Below, piece by piece: positions 63,101-64,000 of a stretch of 64,000 nucleotides of DNA. The stretch lies in contig NC_057758.1 in NCBI RefSeq assembly GCF_004010195.1, forward strand, positions 6,882,311-6,946,310. Reading direction: 5' to 3'. Position 1 is the first letter of the stretch; every line of letters begins with the position of its first letter. The DNA is from Chiloscyllium plagiosum. Taxonomy: Eukaryota. The notes under the pieces are model-generated. The model did not search any database, was not told the DNA's origin, and saw only the letters and a list, made by a program, of their open reading frames with translations. The position numbers and the translations under genes were made by a program.

Positions 63101-64000
63101 TGTGAGTAGGCAAGAGCTTTTAATGCTGCTTCAGTCATTTCACGGCCTATAGCATTGTGAATGAGCAATGATTGTCAGGCCGACTTATGGAACCTAATTT
63201 GGCATATTAAATAAGGGACTTGAACCAAGTAATTATAATGGATTTCAGAGTTGTTAACTGTGTACATGTTAAAATTGAATTTTGAATAAATAGTTTCCAG
63301 TTTAGTTCAGTTTCCACCTCTGAATTGCAGATAATGATTATTTTTTATTATTTTTAATAACCAATTGTTTTAGCCCTGACTCTCAAAATGTGATTTTATT
63401 GGCAGGACAGATTGTTCTTCAATCCTTACTTGTTTTTATTCCTGTACACATTGTTAGTGACCTTGGATGCATAAATTTATTCTGCCATTTCTCAGGCCAT
63501 TGGCCCATCTGGTCCAGATCCTGTTGTAATCTGAGGTAATCCTCTTCGCTGTCTACTACACCTCCAATTTTGGTGTCATCTGCAAACTTACTAACTGTAC
63601 CTCTTATGCTCGCATCCAAATCATTTATGTAAATGACAAAATTGAGAGGGCCCAGCACCGATCCTTGTGGCACTCCACTGGTCACAGGCCTCCAGTCTGT
63701 AAAACAGCCCTCCACCATCACCGTCTGCCTTCTACCTTTGAGCCAGTTCTGTATCCAAATGGCTACTATTACCTGTATTCCATGAGATCTAACCTTGCTA
63801 ATCAGTCTCCCATGGGGAAACTTGTCGAACGCCTCACTGAAGTCCACATAGATCACATCTTACTGCTCTGCCCTCATCAATCTTCTTTGTTACTTCATCA
63901 AAAAACTCAATAGTTTGTTAGACTTGATTTCCCATGCACAAAGCCATGTTGACTATCTCGAATCAGTCCTTGCCTTTCCAAATACATGTACATCCTGTCT
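60128..64000 (-). repeat. Segmental duplication copy C (inverted), includes a CR1 RT fragment at 63481-64000
   Basis: Reverse complement of 23200-28910 with an ~2-kb deletion. Confidence 0.93.

Larger units (their letters stand above)
46089..64000 (-). repeat. Right arm of giant inverted duplication (continues past the window end)
   Basis: Reverse complement of 23200-43806. Confidence 0.95.

Overview
Vertebrate genomic DNA, very probably a shark or other elasmobranch. This is inferred from CR1/HER1-type LINEs with short tandem tails, V-SINE/HE1-type SINE pieces and two-exon GPR139-like GPCRs. The window is repeat-dense and has six N gaps. Its main structure is a very large inverted duplication (left arm ~23.2-43.8 kb, right arm ~46.1-64.0 kb, running off the window). 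An ~8.5 kb segment is also present three times (6.4-15.0 kb, 20.5-29.2 kb, and inverted at 60.1-64.0 kb). The arms carry a head-to-head pair of GPR139-like GPCR genes that share an in-frame TGA in TM7. They also carry a linker-histone-like fragment and a Penelope-type foldback with hammerhead-ribozyme cores just upstream of each GPCR. On the minus strand, and not resolved by the ORF track, is a decayed class I (gamma/epsilon-type) endogenous retrovirus: gag-like region, RNase H, integrase ends and env (CWMC, LQNRLALDYL, degenerate CX6CC, TM). A CR1 LINE sits where its protease/RT should be. No intact protein-coding gene is certain. Two gaps of exactly 500 N separate the three duplicated blocks, so their relative orientation may be a scaffolding decision. 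Element boundaries are approximate and identities are by-eye estimates.
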